DNA of 64,000 nucleotides, taken from Azolla caroliniana (Eukaryota; Plantae; Polypodiophyta). The position numbers and the translations under genes were made by a program. The stretch is from assembly GCA_043228905.1 (NCBI GenBank), contig JBHGNT010000003.1, positions 23,498,001 to 23,562,000 of the forward strand, in the 5' to 3' direction. The notes beneath the pieces are model-generated. The model was not told where the DNA came from. It did not search any database and worked only from the letters and a program-made list of their open reading frames with translations. Positions 24,701-37,801 of the stretch are shown here, one piece after another. Position 1 is the stretch's first letter. The number at the start of each line of letters is the position of its first letter.

Positions 24701-27700
24701 GCAGAATACTTTAAATACATAGAATACGTGAAAAACAAGCTAAATATTTCGTAAATTTTAAAGCTTTAAAAATAATAATAATAAATTTTTAGCTTTTTGG
24801 AAAAATTAAATACTTCTTAAATATGTAGAATACGTGAAATATTAAAAATTAGCAGTTCTAAAATGTGAAATACATGTAGAATACTTCACTTGATTCTAAA
24901 ATGTATTCTGAACATAGAATACATGTTTTTTAAACCTATGGCAATATCTCAACCTTGAGTTTCCCAAAGAATGAGCATTGAACACACAGAGAGACCAAAA
25001 GACAATGCAAATGAATTTACATGCCCCATAGGAAACAGATATTTATTAGTGAACTCATTGTATCCTACCACGGCAATATGGACAGCCTACATACCTAAAG
25101 GATTCAGAGTTGTAAGCCTGTCAAGGAGAGGTCAATCAACAAATCAATTTTGTGCAGATGCCCAAGCCCTGGGACATTAGAGAGAAATATGCAATGAACT
25201 TGTGATGGTTGCAGGAGTGCATCTATCTTGAAAAGCAGCATGGTTTTGAATTCTTGAGAATAATAGGAATCAAACAAATGTTCACTCTCATTTGCAATAA
25301 TGGCTTTTTCCATACATCAGCTCGATAAATTATTGAACTTGAGCTCCTCCTCATGTAAGTTTACATGGTCCAATTAAAAACACTGTTCACTTGTAATGTA
25401 TGTGCAATGCATAGAATCATGCTATACGTTTATATGGGATTCTTGGACCTTCAATTGTTTTAGCAAAAACAAGGCTTATGATAGGTAGCTTTACAGGATC
25501 ATTTACTTCAAACATCATGTACATGTTGACATACGCAAACCTTCCTGGTAGAACTTGGCATTGATCATCATGACCACATTGCAAACATTATGAATCGAAT
25601 CTATTGTGCGTTGATTTCAGATATGTGGGCAGAATAGAATGATTCATTCTGTTGGCAGGGTACTGACATATACTCGTATATTAAGCACATATTCCAAGAG
25701 AATGTATGGATTAAAACTGGTTACTGCATAATGTATACAGCTCACACTAACATAAAAACATTATAAAAATCAATTAAATGGATAGGGTTTTCTATATGGA
25801 AACTCCTTACCCTTGTTGATGAAGTACTAACTCCATGATCAGATATGTGCAATGTTTCTTGCCCATTTGAAGATATAATATGTGGCATCCCGTTGTTTAT
25901 GTTCTTTTTGAGAGTATTATTTGCTTTATGTATAGCTGAACAAAACCACTTGCCACAAATTTCCATGCTCTCTGGACTGTGGGCACCATCAAGAAAGAAA
26001 GTTAAACTGCTCACTAGTGGATCCTGTAATAGCTGAGCACGTCCAAGGAGTTGGGCATTGGCTAGTCCTTTTATGTAAGGTTCTGGAAGGTGCCCTTCTT
26101 TCATAGCCTGTTTGATGACACGAATCGCTAATTGAAAACAATATGAACCTTTACTGTTTTTCCACCAAACAACTAACATAACAAAATCAAAAATTTAATG
26201 CAAATAAATACAGGGAGAAGGCCCTTATCAACAAAGCATACATATAGCAGGATATGTATTTTCACCAATAGTGTCCAGGATGGCATGCTAAAATGAGGAT
26301 ATGTTTTAAGTATATACTGACAATCAAGTTAGGAAAACATGCAAATCAAGCATGAATAATTGTCAACAAATTAATCCAATCTAATCAATTCCTCTATAGC
26401 TAAGGACCTTCATCCTGAACCACCAATTAGAAGAGATAACAAGGGCCCTTCCCATTGTACCATGGCCTATGCTAGGGATGGAGATTCAGTAATGTTCAGT
26501 AACTTAAAATACAAACCCATTCTGTTTTGTTTCTTTCTGTTCCCATCATAATATTCACCAATAAAAAGGTAAATTTATATTAAGTGCAACTTTCAAATAG
26601 ATAAAACCAAACAGCAATTTATAAGTCTTTATAAAGATAATGTAAACCTAGTGAATTAAAATATGGTGGACATACATCTTTTAGCATTGCTGAATGCTCA
26701 TTCTTATGGCACCTCTCTGCCCAAGCACCACAAAGAGCTACAGCAAGGGCCCCATTGAGGAGCTGATGATCCCCTTCCAGTGCAAGCCGTGATCCTCTCA
26801 GCAACTCGCTAGTCAAAGGTGAAACAACTTGAAGTCGTATCTACAACAAAAATTATGTCAAAACTGGTGGACTCATATACAAAATAATAAACAGTTTATA
26901 AAACTCAAAATCTCTGTTTACATCACACTCTATCACAATAAGTACTATCTCAAATTATTCATTTCGATGATATTACATGCAAGTAAATAATCCACACAGA
27001 AACATCTTTCAAGGAAACTTCCTACCCATACCCCATGAATTCACCTTCATCACAACATGGCCCAGTGAAACCTGAAGTGCCAGGTTTAGGAAGCCTCTGA
27101 ATTTTGTGTTAATGATTAAACAGGATTCAATCTCAGTTAGATGTCTCCTTCTTTTCCCTCGTAGGTGCTTCCCTCACTTCGGAGACATTTCCATTCTGGA
27201 TCAACCTATGCTAGAGATCTTTCGAAGACAAAAACTACAATATACCTAACTTGAGAATCTCACATGTGCCAAAAACCAGATTCCCTCGTTTCTTTTCTTT
27301 TCATCTTATTTACTTTTATATTTACTGTGTAATATTTATTTTATTTTGATTTGTTCTCAAAGACGAGACAACACTTAAGATGTAATCTCTTATTTGGTCT
27401 TATAGGCCATTTTGGCCTCTTAAAAGACGTTAATATATCTTTCTTTCTTTCTTTCTTTCTTCCGAAGAGAAGAGAGACTACCATTATCAGCATCCCCAAA
27501 GATCAGCCTTGAGTACAAGCTGACACATTGTGCCAACCAAAATAAAGGGCAAAAAAATGGCTAGGCTCAGATTGGGTAAAGTTATACACCAGGGCTGGTA
27601 CAAAGCACTTCAGGTGCTTGAAATCTTTACTGAACACCAGATTTCAATGCTATAAAAGGGTGGTCACATCCATTCAAAAAATCTCCTCTCTTCCGTCAAG

Positions 27701-30700
27701 AGTATGGATAGTCCCTCTCTAACTGCCTGTGATCATCCCTAAGGTACATTTCATATTTCTGATAGATGGCTCTCCTGGTCCAGATGTACAATGTTAAGTG
27801 GCACAGATGGACAACGTTATTAGACCCAGACCCATTCACAATAATGCAAATTCCATCACAGAAAACTCCAAAAACACAAGCAATTACTGTAATTTGCAAG
27901 CAATCATGATTTCATGCTTTGTCAAAACAAATGCACAGTGGGCATTATGCCAAATTTTGCAAAATATAATATATTAAACGTGTGGATTAAGTAAACGATA
28001 CATAAATAACTATCTCTCCATCATTCACTGTGTCCTTGAAGAGGTGAAACGGCAGAAAAAACATATGCAACCTTAATTAAATCTACAACCCTACCTCCTT
28101 ACCACTCTTATTTCGATGTAATGCAGATAAGAGGATATCATGTCTCTTCATAGGGACTACGCGAACTAGAAATAAAAAGGATGTTACATCATGGATGGCC
28201 TTCAGGGAATCACCTCTGACCAGTGATTGGTTTGCCACTTCAGGGAATTTTATTTGTACATTTTGCTAAACCTAACGAACCTCAAATAATATTGGCTTTA
28301 CATATCTGTCTGTACTATACCTAGGGAAAAACAAGTCAGATATTTATGACCTAAGTAAAGTCAAAAGTACCTGCTGCAGAGGGATGTACAATGGTAGGTA
28401 GATTCTCAATAGAAATATGATAACAAACATGAGATCAGTGAATGAATATAAATAGCATGAGCTAGAAAATGTGCCAAAAATGCTTCATCCAGGTTTGATG
28501 AACTGGCAAGCTTACTCACATCCAGTCATGCATTAGCATCACTGGAATGCTCCTCATCATGAAGACCATAAAGGTTGTGTTCTGTTTCTAACTTATCAAG
28601 AAACTTTCTATTGATTTCATTATACCATCATGAGGATTTTACTCACATCCAAATCAGCTGCCTTCTTTTGAAGAACAGACATCGCATCCTCAGGCTGTGG
28701 AACAACAAATGCAGGAACTCCTGCCTGAAATGTGAAAAGAAGGTTAAATGGGAAAGGTTGGCATAGCAACAAAATGAAAAACTCAAAAGTGAATCATTTT
28801 AATCAGACATTTTTCCTTAAATTGAACCAGATTGAGGTGTAATTATACAGACCTTAAAGATCCCAGCCTTCTCTCCAGCAATTTCTGCTAATGTATAGCC
28901 TTCAAAAAGTAAACCACACAATATAAGGACAATCAGACCGAAACACTGTTGCAGAAGAATTAATAAATTAATCTACCTAATATCTCCATGTGATCAAATC
29001 CCAGAGAAGAAACACCACAAACAGCAGGAGCTTTCACCTAACCAGAAAATTTGGAAGGAATCAGACTTTTACACCATAAGGAATCATCTCTGTATCAGCG
29101 CTAATTGAGAATTTTATGCAGTACACTTACTACATTCGTAGAATCAAATCTTCCACCAAGTCCAACCTCCAAAATGGCAACATCCACCTGAAGTTCACAG
29201 CAAGGATCAACCATTGCTTCATCGGGATCCAAACAAGAGGACATATGAATCTTTCTTTTTACATACTGAATATATGCATACATTGACAAAGGTAAAGTTA
29301 TGCCTCTCTCATTATAATAAATACAAGAACCCTATTGTGTCAAAAATACAAAAATCCAGTTGTATCTCATATTCCCATGGTTTGAGTAGGGTGTGTGAGA
29401 GTTATGACAAAAACATTTACTCACAAGGAGATCCTTAAATACCGAATATATATCTTCGAACAAGGTTAAACTAAGTTATTTCAAGCACTTAAGAGTTGAA
29501 ACTAGTTCCACCTATAGCAGCACAAAAACTCTTTTTTGGATCAGTGAAAGATACAAACATAAAATGGTGTTTCAAGAAACAAGAACTATCATTTCGGGTC
29601 ACTAATTAGACAAATCATTGAAGACAATAAATAATATTACTCATGATAAGAAACAGGCAAGATGGTAACGGCCACCTCCAAAGAAAATAGTTAACACAAA
29701 TCTATTTGGGGAGTTATACATGGATATTAATACCCTTGATAGAGATGGTATATCTATGACAGCATAAAGCCAACCATCCAAGCTACAAATGTCTAATCAA
29801 AGCTTCTTAAAATTCAAAATCTATCGTAAACAAGCAGTGCCTGAAATAAAACACTTCCATGACTTTCTTTGAGACTATGCACTTCGAAAAATGCTGGTAA
29901 CTAATAAAAAATTTGAATACAAACGCGAGAAAGTAAGATAGTAGCAATGCACCACAGACTAACCTGTTCATCGATAAAGATCTTGAATGCCAATAAAGTG
30001 AGAAATCTGAAGTATGTAGGCATTGGCACATCATTTGCCACGTTTTCCTAGAAAGAAAGAAGAACATAATGGTAATGCCATGCCATTGAAACGTAGATAT
30101 ATAGACAGATCAACAGACAGACATATAGATCAATAAACAGAAAAACAGATAGATAGATATTCAGTTGGTGATGGATGCTAGATTACCCTAAATTTGTCCC
30201 AGCACCACCAAAAATGCTTGAGAAACACATTTTCTGACACATTTTCTCTACATAAACCATAGAATTAGAAAGTAGCTAAGTTTTGAAAAAAAAAAAAGAC
30301 ATCCAGCAAATGTTATGAGATAAAAGAATGGGATTTGAATTTACTTGTTGACTCGGAATCTCTCACGAACATCCAAAAGATGCGGGGAAGTGAAAAGGCC
30401 AGTTTTATAACCACATTCTCTCAGGATGCTTTCTGAAAATGCACATGTAGAACCCTGCAATCTGACAGTTCAAATACAACACAAGTGCAAATATAATTTT
30501 TTATAATAAAATGAGACCAGGAAATGGGCTAAAGGATTTTATGTACCTTTCCTTTAGTTCCAGCAACATGAATGATATTTAACTTTGAAAGTGACTCCTC
30601 CAATCCAGCTATCTATGCAGGCATTCACTGGGATTACACTCCAATAATTTGCAAACCATTGCATTTTTATATCTGATGTCAATGTATATGTTTAGAAATA

Positions 30701-31438
30701 TCTCTGCTGTTCGTAAGCAAAACCTCATCACATTTTCCACAGATTCAAGGAGGGTTTTGTAAATGTAGAAATATTGATTCAAACTTTTTTCTCTTCGAAT
30801 TCAAACTATATCTTTTGCAACATCACATTTGTTTTCATTTTGCAGAACATATAGCTAGATTTCTACAAATAATTAGCATGTTCCTGTGGTGAGACCATCG
30901 GGCTACAACAGGATTATAGATCTCATATGAATTATCGTACAAGATTGTAAGCATATTCCGAGTTTTCCTGCCAAATGTGGCTAGATTACACATTTCCTCT
31001 GATCACAGATGTTCTCGGGACATGTTTACCTCATTTCAATTATAAGTTCTACTTTGATATTGTTCGGGGCTTGATGACAGATTTTATGTAAAATATAGGG
31101 GAAATGAAATCTTCAATTATCATTTTAGAACTAAACCAAAATATCACTTTTAATTTTCGAAGTATTGAGATGAATGAAACTGTCCCGGCATGATGAAAGG
31201 TTCCTAAATCCATGAGAAGGAGACGGGGAGCGTTTAGGGAACAGAAAAAACTCTGGAAATGAATGAACCGAGTACACTCGGGAACAGCACGCAGCTTCAC
31301 TTACTTTCCTACCTGTACATAATGAGACATGAGATGAAATGCATCTCCTCGATTAGAACCATCGCCACGAGTTTTCTTGGTGATGAGGGAGGACAGAGCT
31401 TCGAGAGCTGCCGTGTAGTCGCGAGTTACAGTGGCCAT
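18750..31438 (-). CDS. FPGS: Folylpolyglutamate synthase, 15 exons (approx. 31438-31313, 30612-30547, 30454-30345, 30247-30187, 30047-29964, 29187-29131, 29037-28977, 28899-28853, 28724-28647, 26841-26675, 26108-25811, 24100-24022, 23940-23782, 23701-23523, 18806-18750)
   Basis: Motifs [95 protein letters not shown]; GT-AG introns in consistent phase where checked. Confidence 0.95.
20340..22847 (+). mobile_element. 3' half of a Ty1/copia element (RT, RNase H, PPT, 3' LTR 22204-22847) in the last FPGS intron, antisense to FPGS
   Basis: [77 protein letters not shown]; purine tract aagaggagg then TGTTGG...CCCA; stops and frameshifts. 5' boundary approximate. Confidence 0.93.
22890..23290 (-). 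mobile_element. Older copia RT relic (duplicated at ~5131-5530)
   Basis: [22 protein letters not shown] and [21 protein letters not shown] match the degenerate copia RT N-terminus. Confidence 0.75.
24560..24940. repeat. AT-rich MITE-like repeat built of TAGAATAC/GTATTCTA motifs; related copy at ~49890-50200 in an RPL18a intron
   Basis: Shared gtattctaaaagtattct, gtagaatac and gcag(t)tctaaaa segments in both copies. Confidence 0.6.
27150..27460 (-). repeat. Dispersed repeat, inverted copy of ~41722-42002; diverged third copy at ~36870-37080
   Basis: Reverse complement matches aaagatatattaac...gaggccaaaatggcctataagaccaa...ttggcacatgtgagattctcaagttag...gatctctagcataggt.gatccagaatgg...gagggaagcacct. 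Confidence 0.8.
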
Positions 31439-32752
31439 GGCGCTCTCTCTTCTGTCTCTCTGTGTGGGTATTGGAACACTTACATACATATATAATATAC
31501 AAATACAAAAATTACAGAAGAAGAAGAAAAGCAACCGTAAAACCTTCTTCACTCATTTGTGATAACACTCTTTCATAAGTTTGAAGTGTGGGCTTCCCAT
31601 TCCATTCTTTTTTCTTCTCTTCTCTTCATCATCTCCTCACCAAATCATCCTATTCTCTTGCAAGGGACAAGGGCCTGAGAACTTGGCACCGGACGGACAG
31701 AACCAGCCATTTTGATCAATGAACTACTCAAAATCGCACCAACCAATTGAAAAATCCAGTGCTCGTTGTGTGTAAGAAGCTCACCTTTTGATATATAAAA
31801 CATCCCAGCTTTCGTTGTGCAAGAAACTCGCTTTTTTCGATCTATGTGCTTGTTTATTGTTCTGAAAAAACAACACCTCGAGCTCTTTGCTTTGGGTGGA
31901 ATATGGTTGCAAGAGACATATTTAAAATGTAGCAATCATGTAGCGGAGTAAGCACAAGCTATCCATGGTCTTGTATTGATGTGTGGTGTAAAGCTTTCAT
32001 AGTGATAGTGATATCTTTGTGAACTTGTTTACAAAAGCAAAATCCAAAGTTCTTTGCTTTGGGTTTAATTTTCCTAGAGCTTGACAATGTTCATCATGCG
32101 TCGGATTGATATTGACAACAACATCAAGTGGTGATTTTGGCTTGAGTATAATTTAGATGAACCAAAAGTGCAGCTCGCTTGAGATGAATTTAGCAATTGG
32201 TTTCATTGGTGGATTTCTCTCTTTGAAGATTTGAATTGCACACGTGAGCTTTGTCACTTATTGTATGGACTAAAAAGACCATCTTCTTAGATTGAGGTTT
32301 AATGAGCTTTGAATCGTGCGTATGCTTTATATGAACCAACAAGAAGATGAATTCTTGCTTTCACACTAAAAGGCATGCAAAGTTACTAACAGAAAAGTTG
32401 TCTATTACCATCTTACAATATCAAATATAAAACTTACATACGGTTTCTTAACTAAAGTTATTGGTTATGGTTCGATTTTGATTTGATTGACATAATACTA
32501 AATTATAATGATGATGTCTTCTTTAAATTATGCGACGTCCTTCAACTCATGATCATGGTTGGTTTCTTGATATAACTCATTGATGCTTATGTGCCGCATT
32601 ATATTATATTATATTTATGGATTGGAATACATAGTAGTATGTGAATCATGTCACCCACATAAAGAATTGACATTTGTCAATTGAAAAACTACTAAATTGG
32701 CATGTTTTTACTTGGTACTAGGTAGTACGGAAATTCTCATAGATTTATTTAA

Positions 32753-33048
32753 GAAATGGTTAGGTTTAAACAATTTTGGTTTAAAGGTTTCGTTGATTGG
32801 TTTGGTTTAAGATGTCAATTACTAGTTGTGTCCCAATACTTTAACTATTGCATCTGTTAATTAATGAGATAACAAAACCATTTTGCTTTTTTAGTTTGCA
32901 TGATGAATTGCTAGCATGAATGATTCAATTGATCATTAATTAACACACTCACACGGGTGAAGTATTTGGATACAAGTAGTAATTGACAACTTAAATTGAA
33001 TTGAACAACAAAACCTTTCAACCAAAATTGTTTAAACTTAACAATTTC
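32753..33048. repeat. Imperfect ~90-bp inverted repeat (foldback/MITE-like)
   Basis: gaaatggttaggtttaaacaattttggttt...tgtcaatttactagttgtgtcccaatact pairs with agtatttggatacaagtagtaattgaca...aaccaaaattgtttaaacttaacaatttc. Confidence 0.7.
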
Positions 33049-36000
33049 ATGGATTCTGAAGCTCGATCAAACCGTCAAGAGATCTAGAAACCATCAAGCC
33101 ATTAAATGGTTCAGTTTCAGCTCGAACCGAATGATTACCAACTATTAAATATGCACTCAAACATGTATTTTTTATTAATAACACTTAAATCATATTGCTT
33201 CCAACAAACTTGAATCATTTAAAGTATTCATTAAGAAACTAATTAAAACTTAAATAAATTACAAAGTTAATCAATATGTTTATTAAATATTTCGAAAACA
33301 TACACACAAATAGTTAATCCATAATTTGAAGTTTGATGCAAATTGTTAAGCTAATAAAGGTTCTAAACTACTAATTTGAACCATTGAATCCTTGACCCAA
33401 ACCAATTTGTTTGCATTTATTCGAGCTTAAATAGAACAGAACCGAACTAATAAAGTTGTCAAGTGTGCTTTGGCAGCGCTATTCAGCCTAAACCGAACCA
33501 TCATTAATTCCTAGATACAACTAGTAATTACACTTGCCTATAGTCTATAGATACAAATTTACAACATGTACATATAACATTAGATGCACTCCTCCCTCCA
33601 TAATATAAATTCCTTAAAATATATAGAAACTCAAGCTTTTTCTTACTAATTTTTTAACACTATATTTCATACATGCACCCCTCACATTCTATCATGAATG
33701 TTCATTAACAATAATTTGAGATTGTTTTTTATTAAATTGTTGGCACGCCGCACTAACGCACTATGTGTCAAAGTTAAAGTTTGTCCTACAATTTGCATTT
33801 TTTAAAATACCACATAACATGTTCGATAGAAAAGTAGATATATTCCATAACCTTAAAATCCTACTTTAATATATCTCAAAATCAATCAATTCAAGTGGAT
33901 GGTTGCACTAATCCCAACATCAATGAGCATCTTTTACAATATATGACTTAACTTCAAGATTAATACTAATTACAATAATAAATGTTACAAATGATATGTT
34001 AATTAACATTGTTACCGTGTTTGTAATTAAGACTTGTTACATTCACTCCCTTCCATTATGTATAGTCACACGTTTGTGACTTGTCCTTTAGAAGAAGGCA
34101 AGTGTACACATTAAAAATTCTAATGTATTATATAATAATAGTAAAAACAACTAAGAGTAAAGTGGACTCATAAGAAATTATTAGAAATAATAATTACGTT
34201 CTTGGCATTTCGTTGTAGTCAATAGATATAACATCCTACTCAAGGGTTTAATTAGCTTTCTTATTATTGTGTATATCATGCTCGTTGCTTGTGTATATAT
34301 TACCATTGTGATTAGTGCTAATTTCCCTTGTAATTATCGCTCTTGTTTCAACCTTCATCACATTGCTTAACTAGGCAATATTGTAATAAATTAATTCTTA
34401 ACTAACCCATGATTAAGTATGCAAGTTCTTTTATTGCATCCTCCTAGTCAAGTGATGAAATTTGTGTAAATTTTTAAAATATGAGATTAGGCATTTGGTG
34501 TATATCTAGTTATTGACCAAGCACACGAGGTTATAACTTACAGGACCAACATTTGGGTAACAAGTGAACATTTTTCGTGATGTCTTGGTCATAAAATAGA
34601 CATTGCAAGTACATTGACATAGACATTTTTACATACTATACACAATGCTAATAGTAAGAGGTAGTTCATCACATCATATTATTCGTAATTGCATTGACAA
34701 TATACTTCCTCTATTATGTAGGAACATTTAAAATAAGGTGCATTACATTCACTCCCTTCCATTCCTTGTAGAATCACGCATTCGTTGTGTGTCTTTCCCT
34801 TGTCCATTATCTAGAGACCACATAGTAATGAAGTATAACAATTTACTAAGTAACATAGAATATTATTACAACTAACTTTTACGAACATTTAATTTAACTC
34901 AATTTCGTCATTGACATTTAGATGTCCACATTGAGTGAAGTATCATAATCCAATTGGATTTGTAATTCTAGGTGGGCAAAGCGGGTTATGCACGCAATGT
35001 CTTAACTTGTTGGGATTTTGTAAATTTGATATTTTGTTCCATGAAAACATGTTCGCAAGAGTGACATCAACATATTTTCAACATTACAAAAAGTGAAAAA
35101 GGCAACACGTCGTCCTTCAAAAGGCAAAGAGCACACATTCTAATTGTTAGCAAAAACAACCTAGAACAAAGTGGGTGGTTCATAAGAAGCTCGTTAGAAA
35201 CAAATACACGCCACCCTATTCAAGGGTTTTGTCTTAAATCGTTGACCTTCAAAATGCGATGCTAACTATTAGCGAGAGGAGGGGCGCACATGATACCTTA
35301 AAAACCACTACCCTTTAAAAAAGCGAAGCCAAACAGCGAGAATGCGATGAACCACACAAATCACGTGCTACATCGTCGTTCAACACAACTGTCCCTCGAG
35401 GATGCAACACTCTTCAAATGAGACATGACACATCACATCACACACACTGTCTTAAAACTGTTGTTCCGGAAAAACACAATGCGACTGCTAATAAGGCTCG
35501 ATGCACTACATTGGGCATGCACCATCCAAAACAACTATGCCCCTTCAAGAATGCAATGCCAAATAGCGAGGCGCAACAAAATGCATCGTAACACAACGGG
35601 TAGATGTGTAGGCCCGAGAAGAGATTCCGAATATTTGTTAAGGCACTCGCGGGTTAGTTATGCAGCATGTGAATCTCAAGCTGGGCTGAGAAGAGATCCC
35701 GAATCTCATCGACACACTCTCTTTGCTCGTGCGTGAGTTAGTTATTAGGCATGTGAATCTTATGCTACCAATGACCGGTAAAGGAAGGGGGTCATCACTT
35801 ACACAGCAATTGCCTCCACCACTAGCAAAGAAAAAAACAACTGCAGGACAGCGACAGAGATTCCATATCCTCAATGATTTGCTTTTACTTTTCGTCCTCG
35901 TTTTCCCGTGTTTCCTTCTAACCCTAATATTCCGCCACTTCCAATCTCTCTCAATTCTCTACAGACGAGAGAGTAAAGCTAATCCCTCCTCCTCCGCCTC

Positions 36001-36068
36001 CTTCTTCTTTCATTCTGGAGGAAAAGAAGAGGCAAGAAGAAGAAAGAAAGAAGGAAGAAAGAAAGAAA

Positions 36069-37718
36069 ATGTTCTATGATCTCATTCTGCACCTCAGCAA
36101 TCCAGTAACGAGTCTAGGGTTAGCTTTTACTTTCCTGTGCGCGCTTATTGTGGGCTCTTTTGTTCAATCCGTGAAGAAGAATGGAAGTGAACATCTCAAG
36201 AAAGGAGAGTCTGTTCGTTCAGAAGATATCGTAGGGGATCTCGGGAACCTTGACCATGCACCAGCCCGTAGACGAGTTCGTGCTGAATTCCAGGAAGAAT
36301 TGAAGAAATTGAATCACCCTTTCTTTCAGGTATGCACATGCTTGTGTTTGATAGAGAGAGAAGTAATATAGATAAAATAGATTCTGCTATTGTCGTTGGG
36401 AGAAAGAGAAAATAAAGAAAATGACGATCATCCATGGGGGACAGAAATGAAATAAACGAGACTTTAATATCGTATTCTGGAGAGAGGGAAGAAAATGGAA
36501 TGCCATACAGATAGATTATGTTATTGTCCTCTGGGATTAGAATTAGAATTAGAAATTTTTATCGTCCATAAAGAGGCCAATTTTGAGCTATGAGACCATA
36601 GTATACATGTGTTCTTGATATGTGTCTCCTTCCTAAGAAGGGGTATTCATACATTGAAGCACAAAGTCTCCATGTGTGTAAATCGTTTATTGTCCATAAA
36701 GAGGCCAATTTTGACCTATGGGACCATAGTATACATGTGTTCTTGATATGTGTCTCCTTCCTAAGAAGGGGTATCCATACATTGAAGCACAAAGTCTCTA
36801 TGTGTGTAAATTGTTTCGAGAGGGAGATAAGGTGGAATGACATGTAATTAGATTTTTCTTTTATTAGAAAAAGAGAAAGAAAGATATATTGACATCATTG
36901 AAGAGGCTGAAATGGCGTATCAGATGACATGAGAGATTAGAATCCCAAATAAATACAACTAAATTAATAAAGCTGCCTAAGGTACCGGATAATCTTGTCA
37001 TCTAAGAACTTACCTTTTTGAGCTTAGGTGGATCAAAACTTCTGCGTTTGAAAGATCTCCAACATGGGCAGATCCACCTTTGCTGCTGGGTGATATTGGA
37101 CTTGATTTTTTGATAATATGGGTGATGGGCCCATGTCCTGGTGGACATGGCCTAATGTTATGGTCGAGGCCCTATGTGCGTATCCCTTAATTGACTTGTA
37201 TCATGGGGAGTAATGGGGCTAAAGAAAACTGTGATAGTTTGTTGTTGATGAGGTTTTGCCGTTTTATTGCTGTCCTTCAAGAACTTCTCCCTGCACCTCT
37301 TAGTTTCTAGCAGGAACAGTCTCAAGCATTGTTGATCTTCATACTCCATTATCTTGCAAAATGGGCCAAAGACTTCTTTGAAATGGTAGTAGCGTTCCCC
37401 CCCGATTTCATAAAAATCAATATAAGGGCAAACATAGCTTATGTGAACAGATTTTCAGCCACATTATACAATTGGAGCACATAAGATAGATATGTATCAA
37501 TATAAGAGGGCCTCATAAAAGATGTCCTTATTGGGGGCCATTTTTCTACCAAGAGGTGTTGTGGGACTGATCTATGTTTTTCCATTGTCTACCTTTTGGA
37601 TTGCTCTATTCCTTTCCATCTTGGACTGTGGTCATTTACAAGTGTAGACAATCCATGCTATATTGGGATGGAGTTAGTTTATTTATAATTTTATGCCATG
37701 TGAACTATGGTTGCATTT

Positions 37719-37801
<83 letters not shown>

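Noticed and set aside
31550-31720. Upstream exon encoding an FPGS transit peptide
   Set aside because: Only short stop-terminated uORFs seen; an in-frame extension cannot be supported without transcript data.
32753-33048. miRNA precursor hairpin
   Set aside because: AT-rich arms share GGTTT/AAACC motifs with local MITE relics and the loop is long; a TE origin is more likely and there are no small-RNA data.
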